From NCBI GenBank assembly GCA_019058315.1, contig JAHPZH010000002.1, positions 877,910 through 941,909 of the forward strand: a stretch of 64,000 bases of DNA. The letters run 5' to 3'. The DNA comes from Candidatus Helarchaeota archaeon. GTDB lineage: Archaea > Asgardarchaeota > Lokiarchaeia > Helarchaeales > RDOG01. The notes under the pieces were generated by a model, which was not told the origin of the DNA, made no database searches, and saw only the letters and a program-made list of their open reading frames with translations. Position 1 is the first letter of the stretch. Every line of letters begins with the position of its first letter. The translations under genes were made by a program, and so were the position numbers. Positions 29,488-39,051 of this stretch are shown in pieces.

Positions 29488-32460
29488 ATGAAATACAAAA
29501 AACAGATTGAATTTATGAGGATAGCAATTGAAGAATCAGAAAAATCTACTACAGAAAGAGGGAAAAAAATTTCTCCTAAAGTTGGAGCTGTATTAGTAAA
29601 GAATGGAAAAGTTTTAGAAAAGGCATTTAGAGGAGAATCTGCTGAAGGAGAACATGCAGAATATACACTACTTGAATTAAAATGTAGCGGAAAAAACTTA
29701 AAAGATACAATATTATTTGTAACCCTTGAACCATGTACAAGACGAAATCCACCGAAAAGACCATGTGTGGAATGGATTAGAAAAAAAGGAATAAAAGAAG
29801 TCATTATTGGAACGATTGATCCAAATCCTTTAATATCCGGAAGAGGTTATTTGAAACTCAGAGAATTAGGGATAAACGTTGAATTTTCTCCTTCTCAAAT
29901 TCGTAATGAAATTGAATCTTTAAATAAAGATTTTAGAGACAGTTTTATAAGACCAAGTTTTGCAACGGCCAATCAATTAAATGAGAAGGGGGGAATATGG
30001 ACTTTAATTGATAGTTTAATAACAAAAAGAGATGACAAAAAGATTTATTGGTATTGCGGGCAATCAGGTATTGGTAAAACTGCTTTACTCCGGTGGGTTA
30101 GGGAAGTTTTAAAAGATGGTGGAGAAATTGAATATGATTATATAACTTTAGGAAACAATGAGGTCATATTTCCGCTTATGGATCTTGTAAACGGCAATAT
30201 ATCAGACTTAGATGTAATAAAAGCGAATAATGGGAATATTATTGAATATGTCTGCAATAAAATTGTTAATTATTTAAGAAAGAAATCAAAACCAAAAATC
30301 ATCATTTTAGATACAGATTATCAATTTAATGATTATGATGGGTTAAGCAAAACATTAAGTGTACTAAAATTGAAAATCGAAACTTTTCCTCAATATGGAA
30401 TAATTGTAGCAACTAAAAAATGTCCAAAAAATCATTCTTATTCAAAAATGGAACCATTAAGTGAAGAGGAAATTGAAGAAATGTATAAAATTAAGGGTTG
30501 GGAATATGATTCAAATACAATTAAGAATTCTTATAAAATTACAAAAGGAAATCCGTTATTTGTTGTTTTATATAATGCATTGGTAAAAATTGAAAATAAT
30601 ATTAGATCAAATAATCCTAATAATCTTCAAGACATAATCTATAAAATCTTTGAATGTCTACCAAATGAAGCACAAGCAATTATTAAAAACATAGTTTTAA
30701 GTCTGAAGGCCCCCTATGAATTAGAAAAATTGACAAAAAAAGAATTAATACTTCCCGAAACGGAAGAAGCTGAAAAATGGTTCGATTTTTTAGTAAAATA
30801 TGGCATAATTCAATCAAATAGTCCTAAAATCTCAATACATGATGATATAATTGAATCTTTTGAAGATTTAATTTCTGATGATGAAAAAAATAAAATTCAT
30901 AACTTATTAGGAAATCGTTTAATCAAATCAGATCCAATTAGTTCATTATGGCATTTCGTGAGAGCAGACAATTATCAAAAAGCGTTTGACATTATTGTAA
31001 CAAACCCAATTTTAACAATTAAAAATTTAGAAGTTCTCAAATTTATTAAAATTTACTCAGAAACTGCAAAATACTTTGAAAATTTAACTAAAGACGAAAA
31101 AAATAAAGAAATTAAACCAGATTTACTTTATTATATGGGGTTAATCTTTTTTCAACTTGCAGAATTCGTAGACAAAAGTAAGAATCTTACAAAAACTAGA
31201 GAATTAAATGAATTATTAATCATAAATTACAATTTTGAGAATCAGCCTGAAATTTATGGACACATTTATAATAATTTGGGAGCGATTTATGGTAATATGG
31301 CGGAAAATGCGATCGATAAAAAAGTAATTGCTGAAAAAGCATTAAATTATCTTGAAAATGCATTGAATTATAGAGAATCGGATAAAAGCTCAATACATTA
31401 TGGAGAGACACAAAATAATCTAGGGGCTGTTTACCGAATTTTAGCTGAAACTAAAATGAATGTAAATTATGGAAATAAAGCTATTGAATCTTATAAAAAA
31501 GCACTTAAAATTTATACTTTAGAAAAATTTCCTCAATTTTATGGAAGAACTCAAAGTAATTTGGCACATGCCTATGTGACGCTTGCTGATATTGAAAATA
31601 AAAAACAAAATAGTTTAAATGCAATTGAAGCCGGTTTTGCTGCATTAAAGGTTTTTTCATTAGAAAGATATTCGATCTTATTTGCAGGAGCTAAAAATAA
31701 TTTAGGAATTGCTTATCGCACACTTGCGGAAGTTGAAAATATTACGGAAAATTGTAAAAAAGCAATTGAAGCATATAAAGATGCACTTCAAGTTTATAGC
31801 TTTGAAAATTTTCCATTAGATTATGCAATGGTTCAATCAAATCTTGCTGGAGCTTATAGTACACTTGCTTTAGAAGAAAATATAAAAGAAAACTACTCAA
31901 AGTCAACTAAAGCCTATGAAAACGCACTAAAGGTTTATACAGTTGAAAAATATCCCATATTATTTGCAAAGACCGAATATAACATTGGATATTTTTTTTA
32001 TGAACTAGGAATGAAATTAAATAATGCAAATTTTTTAAAGAAATCCATTGATTTTTATAAAAAATCTGCAAAATACAGGAACTTCGAAAATTTCCCTGCT
32101 GAATATGCATCAACTCAAAATAATCTTGGATTAGTTTATTTAATCCTTGCTAATAGTCGAGATAAAGAAGAAAATTGTAAAAAAGCAATAAATTCTTATG
32201 AAGAGGCTCTGAAATTTTATAAATTAAATAGATTTCCAGATAAATTTGGCTCAATTAATAATAATATTGGAATAAGCTGTCTTATATTAATAGAATTAAG
32301 TAAATCTGAAAAATATTGTAAAAAAGGAATGAAAGCTTTTAATTTTGCACTTGAATTTTATAAAAAAGAGTTATATCCTGAGCAATATGAGGGTATAATA
32401 AAAAACCTAAAAAAAATTGAAAGATTGTGTGGTAAAAATAAACTTGTTAATGAAACATAA
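29488..32460 (+). CDS. Deaminase - P-loop (STAND-like) NTPase - TPR protein
   Basis: RibD/CDA-type deaminase (PKVGAV, HAE, TLEPC-x8-PC), Walker A GQSGIGKT, KGNPLF (GxP) and multiple TQNNLG TPR repeats. Confidence 0.85.
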   Translation: MKYKKQIEFMRIAIEESEKSTTERGKKISPKVGAVLVKNGKVLEKAFRGESAEGEHAEYTLLELKCSGKNLKDTILFVTLEPCTRRNPPKRPCVEWIRKKGIKEVIIGTIDPNPLISGRGYLKLRELGINVEFSPSQIRNEIESLNKDFRDSFIRPSFATANQLNEKGGIWTLIDSLITKRDDKKIYWYCGQSGIGKTALLRWVREVLKDGGEIEYDYITLGNNEVIFPLMDLVNGNISDLDVIKANNGNIIEYVCNKIVNYLRKKSKPKIIILDTDYQFNDYDGLSKTLSVLKLKIETFPQYGIIVATKKCPKNHSYSKMEPLSEEEIEEMYKIKGWEYDSNTIKNSYKITKGNPLFVVLYNALVKIENNIRSNNPNNLQDIIYKIFECLPNEAQAIIKNIVLSLKAPYELEKLTKKELILPETEEAEKWFDFLVKYGIIQSNSPKISIHDDIIESFEDLISDDEKNKIHNLLGNRLIKSDPISSLWHFVRADNYQKAFDIIVTNPILTIKNLEVLKFIKIYSETAKYFENLTKDEKNKEIKPDLLYYMGLIFFQLAEFVDKSKNLTKTRELNELLIINYNFENQPEIYGHIYNNLGAIYGNMAENAIDKKVIAEKALNYLENALNYRESDKSSIHYGETQNNLGAVYRILAETKMNVNYGNKAIESYKKALKIYTLEKFPQFYGRTQSNLAHAYVTLADIENKKQNSLNAIEAGFAALKVFSLERYSILFAGAKNNLGIAYRTLAEVENITENCKKAIEAYKDALQVYSFENFPLDYAMVQSNLAGAYSTLALEENIKENYSKSTKAYENALKVYTVEKYPILFAKTEYNIGYFFYELGMKLNNANFLKKSIDFYKKSAKYRNFENFPAEYASTQNNLGLVYLILANSRDKEENCKKAINSYEEALKFYKLNRFPDKFGSINNNIGISCLILIELSKSEKYCKKGMKAFNFALEFYKKELYPEQYEGIIKNLKKIERLCGKNKLVNET

Positions 32461-32477
32461 GGGAAGTTAAGTCCAAA
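32447..32477 (+). repeat. dif-like site S4 (left direct repeat)
   Basis: TTA ATGAAACATAA GGGAAG TTAAGTCCAAA. Its TAA is the stop codon of the deaminase gene. 32447-32469 is 22/23 identical to 36178-36200. Confidence 0.75.
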
Positions 32478-32522
32478 AATAGGAATATAATGAAATAAAT
32501 GAAAAAATCAATTAGAAAAAGT

Positions 32523-33419
32523 CTAACTAACTTCTAAAAAGTCAGTTATTTTACTTTTCTTCAGACCCTTAGTTTTTGTGCCCCATATCGAATCTAAATC
32601 AGGTGTAAATCGATAATATTCTTTATATTTTGATATATCATCGCCTTTTCGTATATTTTTTATTCGTTTTTTAATAATTTCTATGTTCTTTTGACTCTTT
32701 TCGATGCCAATACTTCTTCTATTTAATTGCATTGCAACAATATTAGTCGTTCCTGTTCCTGTAAAGGGATCAAAGACTAAATCTCCAACCTTGGTCGAAG
32801 ATAAAATAATTCTCAATAGTAAAGCGACCGGTGCTTGTTGTTTATGAAGTCGTTCGTTTGTATTGGGGTGTCTTAAAGCTTCATCACCTGCAAAATAACC
32901 TGATGTTAATTCTCTTATATCAATCCATACATCAGTTACATAAAGACCATTTTCTCTTGGCTTTTTTTCATTTGCCATTAATGGAAGATCAATTCTTAAT
33001 CTATTAAAGGTCGCAGGTTTATCTCCTTTTGTGGCAAATCCAATTACTTGAAATTGTTTTCCATATCTATAAGATTGCGGAACAGCAGATGTCTTTTTTC
33101 TCCAAATTATTAAATTTTGAAACGTCCATCCAGAATCTCTTAAGGCTCTTAAAACAAATTCAGCATTTTTTTCTCTTTGCATGAAATATATTGATCCACC
33201 TTCCGAAGTGCAATCATAAATTAATTTACAAATTTCAGTCATCCATTCCCAATATTCCTCCGGGTTCATATCATCCATATGATTTTCATATGCTTTTTGT
33301 TGATTAAAAGGAGGATCTAAAAAACTTAAAGTAATTGGAGATAATTTTTCATCTTTAGAAATTTTAGATTTAAGAATTTCTTTACAATCGTCTTCAAAGA
33401 TAATCGGATCGAATTCCAT
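32523..33419 (-). CDS. Site-specific DNA methyltransferase (N4-C/N6-A, beta class)
   Basis: DPPF precedes DPFTGTG. Confidence 0.9.
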   Translation of the reverse strand: MEFDPIIFEDDCKEILKSKISKDEKLSPITLSFLDPPFNQQKAYENHMDDMNPEEYWEWMTEICKLIYDCTSEGGSIYFMQREKNAEFVLRALRDSGWTFQNLIIWRKKTSAVPQSYRYGKQFQVIGFATKGDKPATFNRLRIDLPLMANEKKPRENGLYVTDVWIDIRELTSGYFAGDEALRHPNTNERLHKQQAPVALLLRIILSSTKVGDLVFDPFTGTGTTNIVAMQLNRRSIGIEKSQKNIEIIKKRIKNIRKGDDISKYKEYYRFTPDLDSIWGTKTKGLKKSKITDFLEVS

Positions 33420-33530
33420 ATTTTATCTACTCAAAAAATAATCTATCCAAAGAACCTTTATGTAATAATATTAATAAAATTGATTATAAAGTTCTATAAT
33501 TTTTGTCAAATGTGATTCTGTGGGAGAAGC

Positions 33531-35030
33531 ATGAGAGATTTTGAATTAAGTGAAAATATCATTGATTTAATATTAGATGAATTAAAAAGGGCGGAAAAAT
33601 TTATTAAAATTGCAGTTTTTCAACTCCATAATGAAGAAATTTTTAATATAATTAATGATAAATTGAAAAAAGGGTTAGAAATAGAGATTTTCACACTTCC
33701 TTATGATTCTATTCATCAAAATATAGAGAAAATTCAGAAATTATTTGAAGGGATAATAAAAAATGGAGCAAAAGTATATTTTTGTAAGTGGAATGTAGGG
33801 GATCCAGAAAGAACTACAACCGCTGTAGGAGTTTGGTATTCTTTTCATGGAAAGTTTTTGGTGACAGATAAGATTGCTATTGCCTTTTCAGCAAACTTGA
33901 CCGAAAATAGCGAACTAGACGTTTTAATCTCGTTTAAAAATGAAAAAGATAAAATTGATGAATTTTCCAGAAAATTTGATTATTTGAGAGAATTATTTAT
34001 TGATCCCACTGGTTCATATTCAGGAAAAATTCGGCAAATTGTTACTTCTAAAGAAGTTGAAAATGTTGATGAATTATTTGAGTTGCCTCCCTCTATTAAA
34101 AATGAAGGTTTGACGGATTTTTGGATTCAACATTATCCCTCAGAAATATGTCCAGAAGAAATAGATATTGAAGAAAAGCTATATATTGCACCGTTTGATT
34201 GTAAAGCACGAAATTTTATTACAAAATTATTGAATGAAGCGAAATCTTTTGCTTATATCTGTATTGAAACATTTACTGATTCTGATATCCCTGATGAATT
34301 GAAAAAAATTAGTCTAAAAGGAATTGATATTAGAATAATCTCTGGAAGCGAAAGTATGGATTTCCAAGATAGAATTAATGAAAATTTTAAGGAACTTATT
34401 GCTTCCGATGTCAAAATGAAAACCATTATAGGATACGTTCATGGGAAAATGATTATAACTGATAAACATCTAATGGTTAGTTCTATTAATTTTAATAAAA
34501 TGAATCTTGGATTTGATAAAACAAAAAAATTTTGGAGGGCAAATACAGAAACTCTTCTTGTTTGTTCAGATGAAAAATTAATTGAAAAAGCAAAACAGGA
34601 TTACATAGCTTGTTATGATAAAGGAATTAAAATCGAAAGGAAATTAGCAGAAAAAATTGAAAAGAAAGTAGGAAATATATTTACAACTATTTTTCAACTT
34701 AAAACTAGAAAAGAAGTAAAGGAACTTTTCTCAAGGTTAATTATTGCAAAAGATATCGAAGAAAAGAAATTTATTTTAACAATTGGGAAAATTACAGCAA
34801 AGATTATGAAACATTTTGGAAAAAATATGGTTCAAAAAGAAGATTTTCTATTATCTCTGATATTATTCTATCTTTCAGAAAGAAAACACGACATAGATCA
34901 ACTTAAAGAAAAATTAGAAATTCTAGAAACAGATTTTAATCTGAATAAACTATTAAATATTCTTATAAAAAATGATTTCATAGAGAAAGAGGGAGATCAT
35001 TTTAAATTAAATGTTGGAAAACTATTCTAA
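33531..35030 (+). CDS. PLD-family nuclease with two HKD motifs; probable restriction partner of the MTase
   Basis: HGKFLVTD...SANL and HGKMIITD...SINF, with a possible C-terminal winged helix. Divergent from the MTase. Confidence 0.75.
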   Translation: MRDFELSENIIDLILDELKRAEKFIKIAVFQLHNEEIFNIINDKLKKGLEIEIFTLPYDSIHQNIEKIQKLFEGIIKNGAKVYFCKWNVGDPERTTTAVGVWYSFHGKFLVTDKIAIAFSANLTENSELDVLISFKNEKDKIDEFSRKFDYLRELFIDPTGSYSGKIRQIVTSKEVENVDELFELPPSIKNEGLTDFWIQHYPSEICPEEIDIEEKLYIAPFDCKARNFITKLLNEAKSFAYICIETFTDSDIPDELKKISLKGIDIRIISGSESMDFQDRINENFKELIASDVKMKTIIGYVHGKMIITDKHLMVSSINFNKMNLGFDKTKKFWRANTETLLVCSDEKLIEKAKQDYIACYDKGIKIERKLAEKIEKKVGNIFTTIFQLKTRKEVKELFSRLIIAKDIEEKKFILTIGKITAKIMKHFGKNMVQKEDFLLSLILFYLSERKHDIDQLKEKLEILETDFNLNKLLNILIKNDFIEKEGDHFKLNVGKLF

Positions 35031-35088
35031 TTTGAATCTTTTTATTTTAAAAATATCACCAAATAAAAAAAACTTGGAAAATTATTCA

Positions 35089-35871
35089 TTAGGGAAGAAT
35101 TTTATATATTATCAATTTTTTTGATTTTTTTTGAAGATTAAACTCATTCTGTAATTGTTCAACATTCTCTTTTATAATAAAATCAAGGATTTTTATTTTA
35201 AAACCGGGTTCAATCTCGTAGAATTCCATGCAATCCTCTTTTAATATATTTCCAGTATTATTTAATATTTTAATTTGTAAAGACATTCCAAAAAATGTAC
35301 ATTCCCCATAGCAGCAGTTAGGAATAGGGTCTTTATTTTTAAATTTACATTTTTCAATGCAATATAAGTGCAATTCTGAGTTATAATCTTCATTAGGTAA
35401 ATTACACTTTTCTCCACCACTTTCCGGATGACAACTGAGACAATCAGGGTATTCCTCACACGTTCTAAAATCCCAAAAAAGGCTTCCGAAGAATTCTTTT
35501 AATTCTGAAGTTGAATAATCCTTTGGATCGAAAAAATCAAACTCAAACCATAACTCTTCTTTTCTAATTTGTGCAAGATTTTTTAATTCCTCTCTATCAT
35601 AAGTTACTAAAAAATCAATATCTCCGCATTTACTTTCTTTTTCAGCATAACTTCCAAAAATATAAAGTTCCTTTAAGATAGAACCATATTCAGAAGCCAA
35701 TAATCCTTTAAAATTTTTGATAACCTTTTTTTCTAACGGAATAAAAAAATCACGATCAAATTTAATATTTTCACATTCAGGACATTTATGGACTTCTTGT
35801 AATCCTGAATATTTATCTCCTCTTCCGCACCTTTTACATAGTCCAATCTTAGGTATTTTCATCACAACCAT
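35089..35871 (-). CDS. Minimal nucleotidyltransferase (Pol-beta fold) with Cys-rich regions
   Basis: LYIFGSYA...GDIDFLV, an N-terminal CKRC/CPEC and a Cys-rich C-terminal region. Confidence 0.75.
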   Translation of the reverse strand: MVVMKIPKIGLCKRCGRGDKYSGLQEVHKCPECENIKFDRDFFIPLEKKVIKNFKGLLASEYGSILKELYIFGSYAEKESKCGDIDFLVTYDREELKNLAQIRKEELWFEFDFFDPKDYSTSELKEFFGSLFWDFRTCEEYPDCLSCHPESGGEKCNLPNEDYNSELHLYCIEKCKFKNKDPIPNCCYGECTFFGMSLQIKILNNTGNILKEDCMEFYEIEPGFKIKILDFIIKENVEQLQNEFNLQKKSKKLIIYKILP

Positions 35872-36177
35872 AACTAATTATTCAATAATTGAATTAGAAT
35901 TTAGTGAAATTTGACCCCAAATAATTTGAAAATAAAAGTCATAAGACTAAATAAATTAATAAATAAGTTTCTAATAATACTTAACCCTTTTTCCATATTA
36001 ATTTTATATTTATAAATTATGAAGTGAATTTTCTTAAGTTCATTGTTTATATGGACTTATCTCCGCAAATTTAGAAATCGATATTCTATTAATTCTTATA
36101 ATATTCATTATTCTTCAATTTCAAAAAATAGTTAAATGTTTAAAAAAACTATTTTTTTGAAAAAGTTATATTATGAA

Positions 36178-36208
36178 TTAATGAAATATAAGGGAAGTTA
36201 TGTTCTAT
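36178..36208 (+). repeat. dif-like site S5 (right direct repeat)
   Basis: TTA ATGAAATATAA GGGAAG TTATGTTCTAT; the right arm matches TTATGTTAAAT at 9/11. Confidence 0.75.
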
Positions 36209-36247
36209 TCATTAAAGTCAATATAAATAAATTGATATTTTTTTAAA

Positions 36248-36940
36248 TTATTCTTGATGATAAATTCTATGACACTTTTTACACGTAGGAACACAATTCA
36301 ATGGGTCCAAACATCGTTCAGGATAAACTTTTGGGCTTGCTATATGGTGTACTGTGCTAGCTGGTTTTTCACAATAATGACAAAATCTATTTTCACGTAA
36401 AAATTCAATTCTAAAATCCATCCATAATTTTGACCTATAAAAGTCCTCTGGGAATTCTTTAAGTCCAATTTTTTCACCGTTTTTATAAACTAATTTCTGA
36501 TTTTCATATATCTTACTTTCATTAATACCAATTATTAATTGCAGATCATCCAATATTTCTAAAATATCATCATCATTACGTAAATCTTCATCAGCAGCAA
36601 TCTTTTTTTCTAAATCATTAAGCTCAGATTCTTTCATTTCAGGTATCCCAAGAAGAGAAGTTAAGGCTAATATTTTATAATCAATTAATGGATAATTTTC
36701 AAACGCAAAAATGTAATATTTCTTAGCGACTTCAAATTCCCCAAATTCATTTCCATATAAATCTCCTAAGTCCATTGCAATATGAGGATCTGAAAATTCC
36801 TTAAACCCTTTTTCTAAAAGGTCTTTTGCTTCAGTAAATCTCTCAGAGTTTATTAATTCTCTTGCAGGATAAACATACTTCTCATTAATTTCTCTCCATG
36901 AGGCTTTTCTCCCACTCATAATAATAGAACCACCTTCCAT
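36248..36940 (-). CDS. TPR-like plus HNH endonuclease
   Basis: CHYC...TVHH...CKKCHRIYH at the C-terminus; helical repeat at the N-terminus. Confidence 0.75.
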   Translation of the reverse strand: MEGGSIIMSGRKASWREINEKYVYPARELINSERFTEAKDLLEKGFKEFSDPHIAMDLGDLYGNEFGEFEVAKKYYIFAFENYPLIDYKILALTSLLGIPEMKESELNDLEKKIAADEDLRNDDDILEILDDLQLIIGINESKIYENQKLVYKNGEKIGLKEFPEDFYRSKLWMDFRIEFLRENRFCHYCEKPASTVHHIASPKVYPERCLDPLNCVPTCKKCHRIYHQE

Positions 36941-36944
36941 AATT

Positions 36945-37460
36945 TTAACTTGGAATGATATTATAAATCCAAGTTATGATATTGAGAACTTTTTTAAATA
37001 TTATAATAGAATCTTCGGAAGAGAACCGTTTTTGGCCGTGCATTGCATCATTTCTAAGTTCTCGCAACTCATCTAATTGGTCTAAGAAATTTGAAGGATA
37101 ATTTACATTTTCTAGTTCATCGATACATTCTCCAATATTTCTTAAATCTTTATTGATTTTTAAATCTGCGTTAATATGAGTTTTTAATTCATTTTCAAAA
37201 ATTCTTGCACTCATTAAAACCGAAGCTGTCCATAAATTGCATGCAAGACATCGCAAATTTTCATTTATATCTTTTTTTAAAAAATTCGTCATATTTTCAA
37301 TTAATATTTCTGGAAAAAAATTCTGTATTTTTGATTTTTTTGATTTAATATCTGAATGATTTAAGTTATTAATATTTGAAATAATCATTTGAAGACAATT
37401 ATCACAATAATATACTCTTAAATAAATAGGATTTGAACAATTCTGGCAATAATTTAGCAT
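36945..37460 (-). CDS. HEPN/DUF4145-like protein with N-terminal zinc ribbon
   Basis: ASVLMSARIFE...LRELRNDAMH (RxxxxH motif) and CQNC...CDNC. Confidence 0.7.
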   Translation of the reverse strand: MLNYCQNCSNPIYLRVYYCDNCLQMIISNINNLNHSDIKSKKSKIQNFFPEILIENMTNFLKKDINENLRCLACNLWTASVLMSARIFENELKTHINADLKINKDLRNIGECIDELENVNYPSNFLDQLDELRELRNDAMHGQKRFSSEDSIIIFKKVLNIITWIYNIIPS

Positions 37461-37565
37461 TTTATCCCCCCGAAACCTTTATTTTTACCAGTTTTGTCTA
37501 TATATAACTGGATTTTTGAAGTGGCTTTTTTAGTCATCTTTTTACCCAAAATTTTTACCTCCAAA

Positions 37566-38489
37566 TCATTCCTTTACTCGTTTTTTAAAAATACACTCAT
37601 AACCTTCTGGTTTTAATTTATCGGGTTGTATTGAAGTTATTCCAAAATAAGATTGGTTATATTTTGAATACCAATTGAATCTGGGGTAAGATCTCTCACT
37701 AGGAAAATCTTTTTCTCTTATTGTTACTAATTCCCATCCGTTTTCTCCAAAATAATTTAAAATATCAACAAGCTCCAAAGAAGCAATTTCATCCTCGTTA
37801 TTTCCCTCATATAAATAATTCCAACCATCACCTTCTAAATCATCAAATTCATAATAAATTAAAAAATCATATAATGAATTGGGATCTAAACTTTTTTGTA
37901 CATAATCAACGATGAAATAATTAGGTTCCCCCTTCGAATTTTTTTCATAATCAATTCTTTTAATAATATTTACTTTTTTATATTTCCAAACTTCCGGAAT
38001 CTCACTTTTAGTTTTCTTTTTTGCTTTTCCCTTCTTTGAAGGAAGTTTAATTTTTCCCTTATTACAGTTATTACAAATTGAAATATAATTTAAATAATTT
38101 AATGGATTTCTAGAATTGGGATTAATTTGCCTTATATTCAGTTTATCTTGTGGAAATGTTTTTTTACAAAACTGACATTGATTATTATCCTTGAAAAATA
38201 TAATTTCTTTAATTTTAGGTTTTAATACCATTGTTTTTGGGCGTTTTTTAATAATTTGGAAATAATCATTCTCATATCTAATAATCCGTTGAGTTATTGC
38301 GTTTTGATCAATTTTTAGTTCATCTGCAATATCAGATATTGTTAGTGATTGAAAATTTTTTCTTATAAATACATAGATAATTTCTTTTATTGATTTTGGA
38401 ATCTTTTTTACATTAGACATTTTTATTCTATTATTTGTAAGATAGAACACTCTTATATATCTTTTGTTATTTTGTACATGACATTTCAC
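37566..38489 (-). CDS. HTH + HNH-like zinc finger + DUF4177-like protein
   Basis: LTISDIADELKI (HTH), CQFC...ICNNCN, and LNYFGENGWELV...FKK. The true start is probably MSNVKK. Confidence 0.55.
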   Translation of the reverse strand: MKCHVQNNKRYIRVFYLTNNRIKMSNVKKIPKSIKEIIYVFIRKNFQSLTISDIADELKIDQNAITQRIIRYENDYFQIIKKRPKTMVLKPKIKEIIFFKDNNQCQFCKKTFPQDKLNIRQINPNSRNPLNYLNYISICNNCNKGKIKLPSKKGKAKKKTKSEIPEVWKYKKVNIIKRIDYEKNSKGEPNYFIVDYVQKSLDPNSLYDFLIYYEFDDLEGDGWNYLYEGNNEDEIASLELVDILNYFGENGWELVTIREKDFPSERSYPRFNWYSKYNQSYFGITSIQPDKLKPEGYECIFKKRVKE

Positions 38490-38495
38490 ATTGAG

Positions 38496-38546
38496 ATATA
38501 CCTAATCTATATTCCAAACAAAAACGTATGAGAAGTTATATTACAT
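38496..38546 (+). repeat. dif-like site S6 with extended arm (right inverted repeat)
   Basis: ATATACCTAATCTATATTCCAAACAAAAACGTAT GAGAAG TTATATTACAT. Confidence 0.75.
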
Positions 38547-39051
38547 TCTAAATCATCATTATATTTATGCTAGAATTCATATATCAAAACGATTTTGAAA
38601 AATAACACAATAATAAATTGTTATTGATTTCATCTGGATCTAAAAACTCTTCAATTCAGTTTTTACTTAATTATTATTGAAATCTTATCTTATGGATCAA
38701 TGATACATTATATGGCGCCAAATGAAGTTCATTATTAATTGTTTAATATCTTAACAAAGTTTAAGTAGAACTCATTGAAATAAATTATTTTATTAATTAT
38801 TCTTTATACATCTTCTCTAATTTCTTATTTCACAAAAAAAATTAATAAAATAATTAATAACGTCCCAATCAAAAAGATTTTAATATTTATTTTTATTATT
38901 ATATTTTAAAGGTCTGGTTTTGTAATAAAAAAGAAGAGGAAAAATAAAAAGTCTATATTAAGAAACTTTTTGAAAAGAATATAAAATAGGGAATATACAA
39001 TAATAAACCATTATTTCTATTCCATTTTTTTTATTTATTTTTCTAATCTTA

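Noticed and set aside
19785-35955. Possible second spacer class GACTAA (about 19793, 27987, 35945) and weak sites near 19105, 35060 and 36050
   Set aside because: The arms are too degenerate to separate from chance in very AT-rich DNA without a PWM.
19157-38546. Integron attC interpretation of the repeated sites (GTTAAAC, GTTAAGT and GTTATGT resemble GTTRRRY)
   Set aside because: I found no matching RYYYAAC or long imperfect hairpin upstream, gene and site orientations are mixed, and there is no intI. The 11-6-11 geometry fits dif better. Not fully excluded; IntegronFinder would test it.
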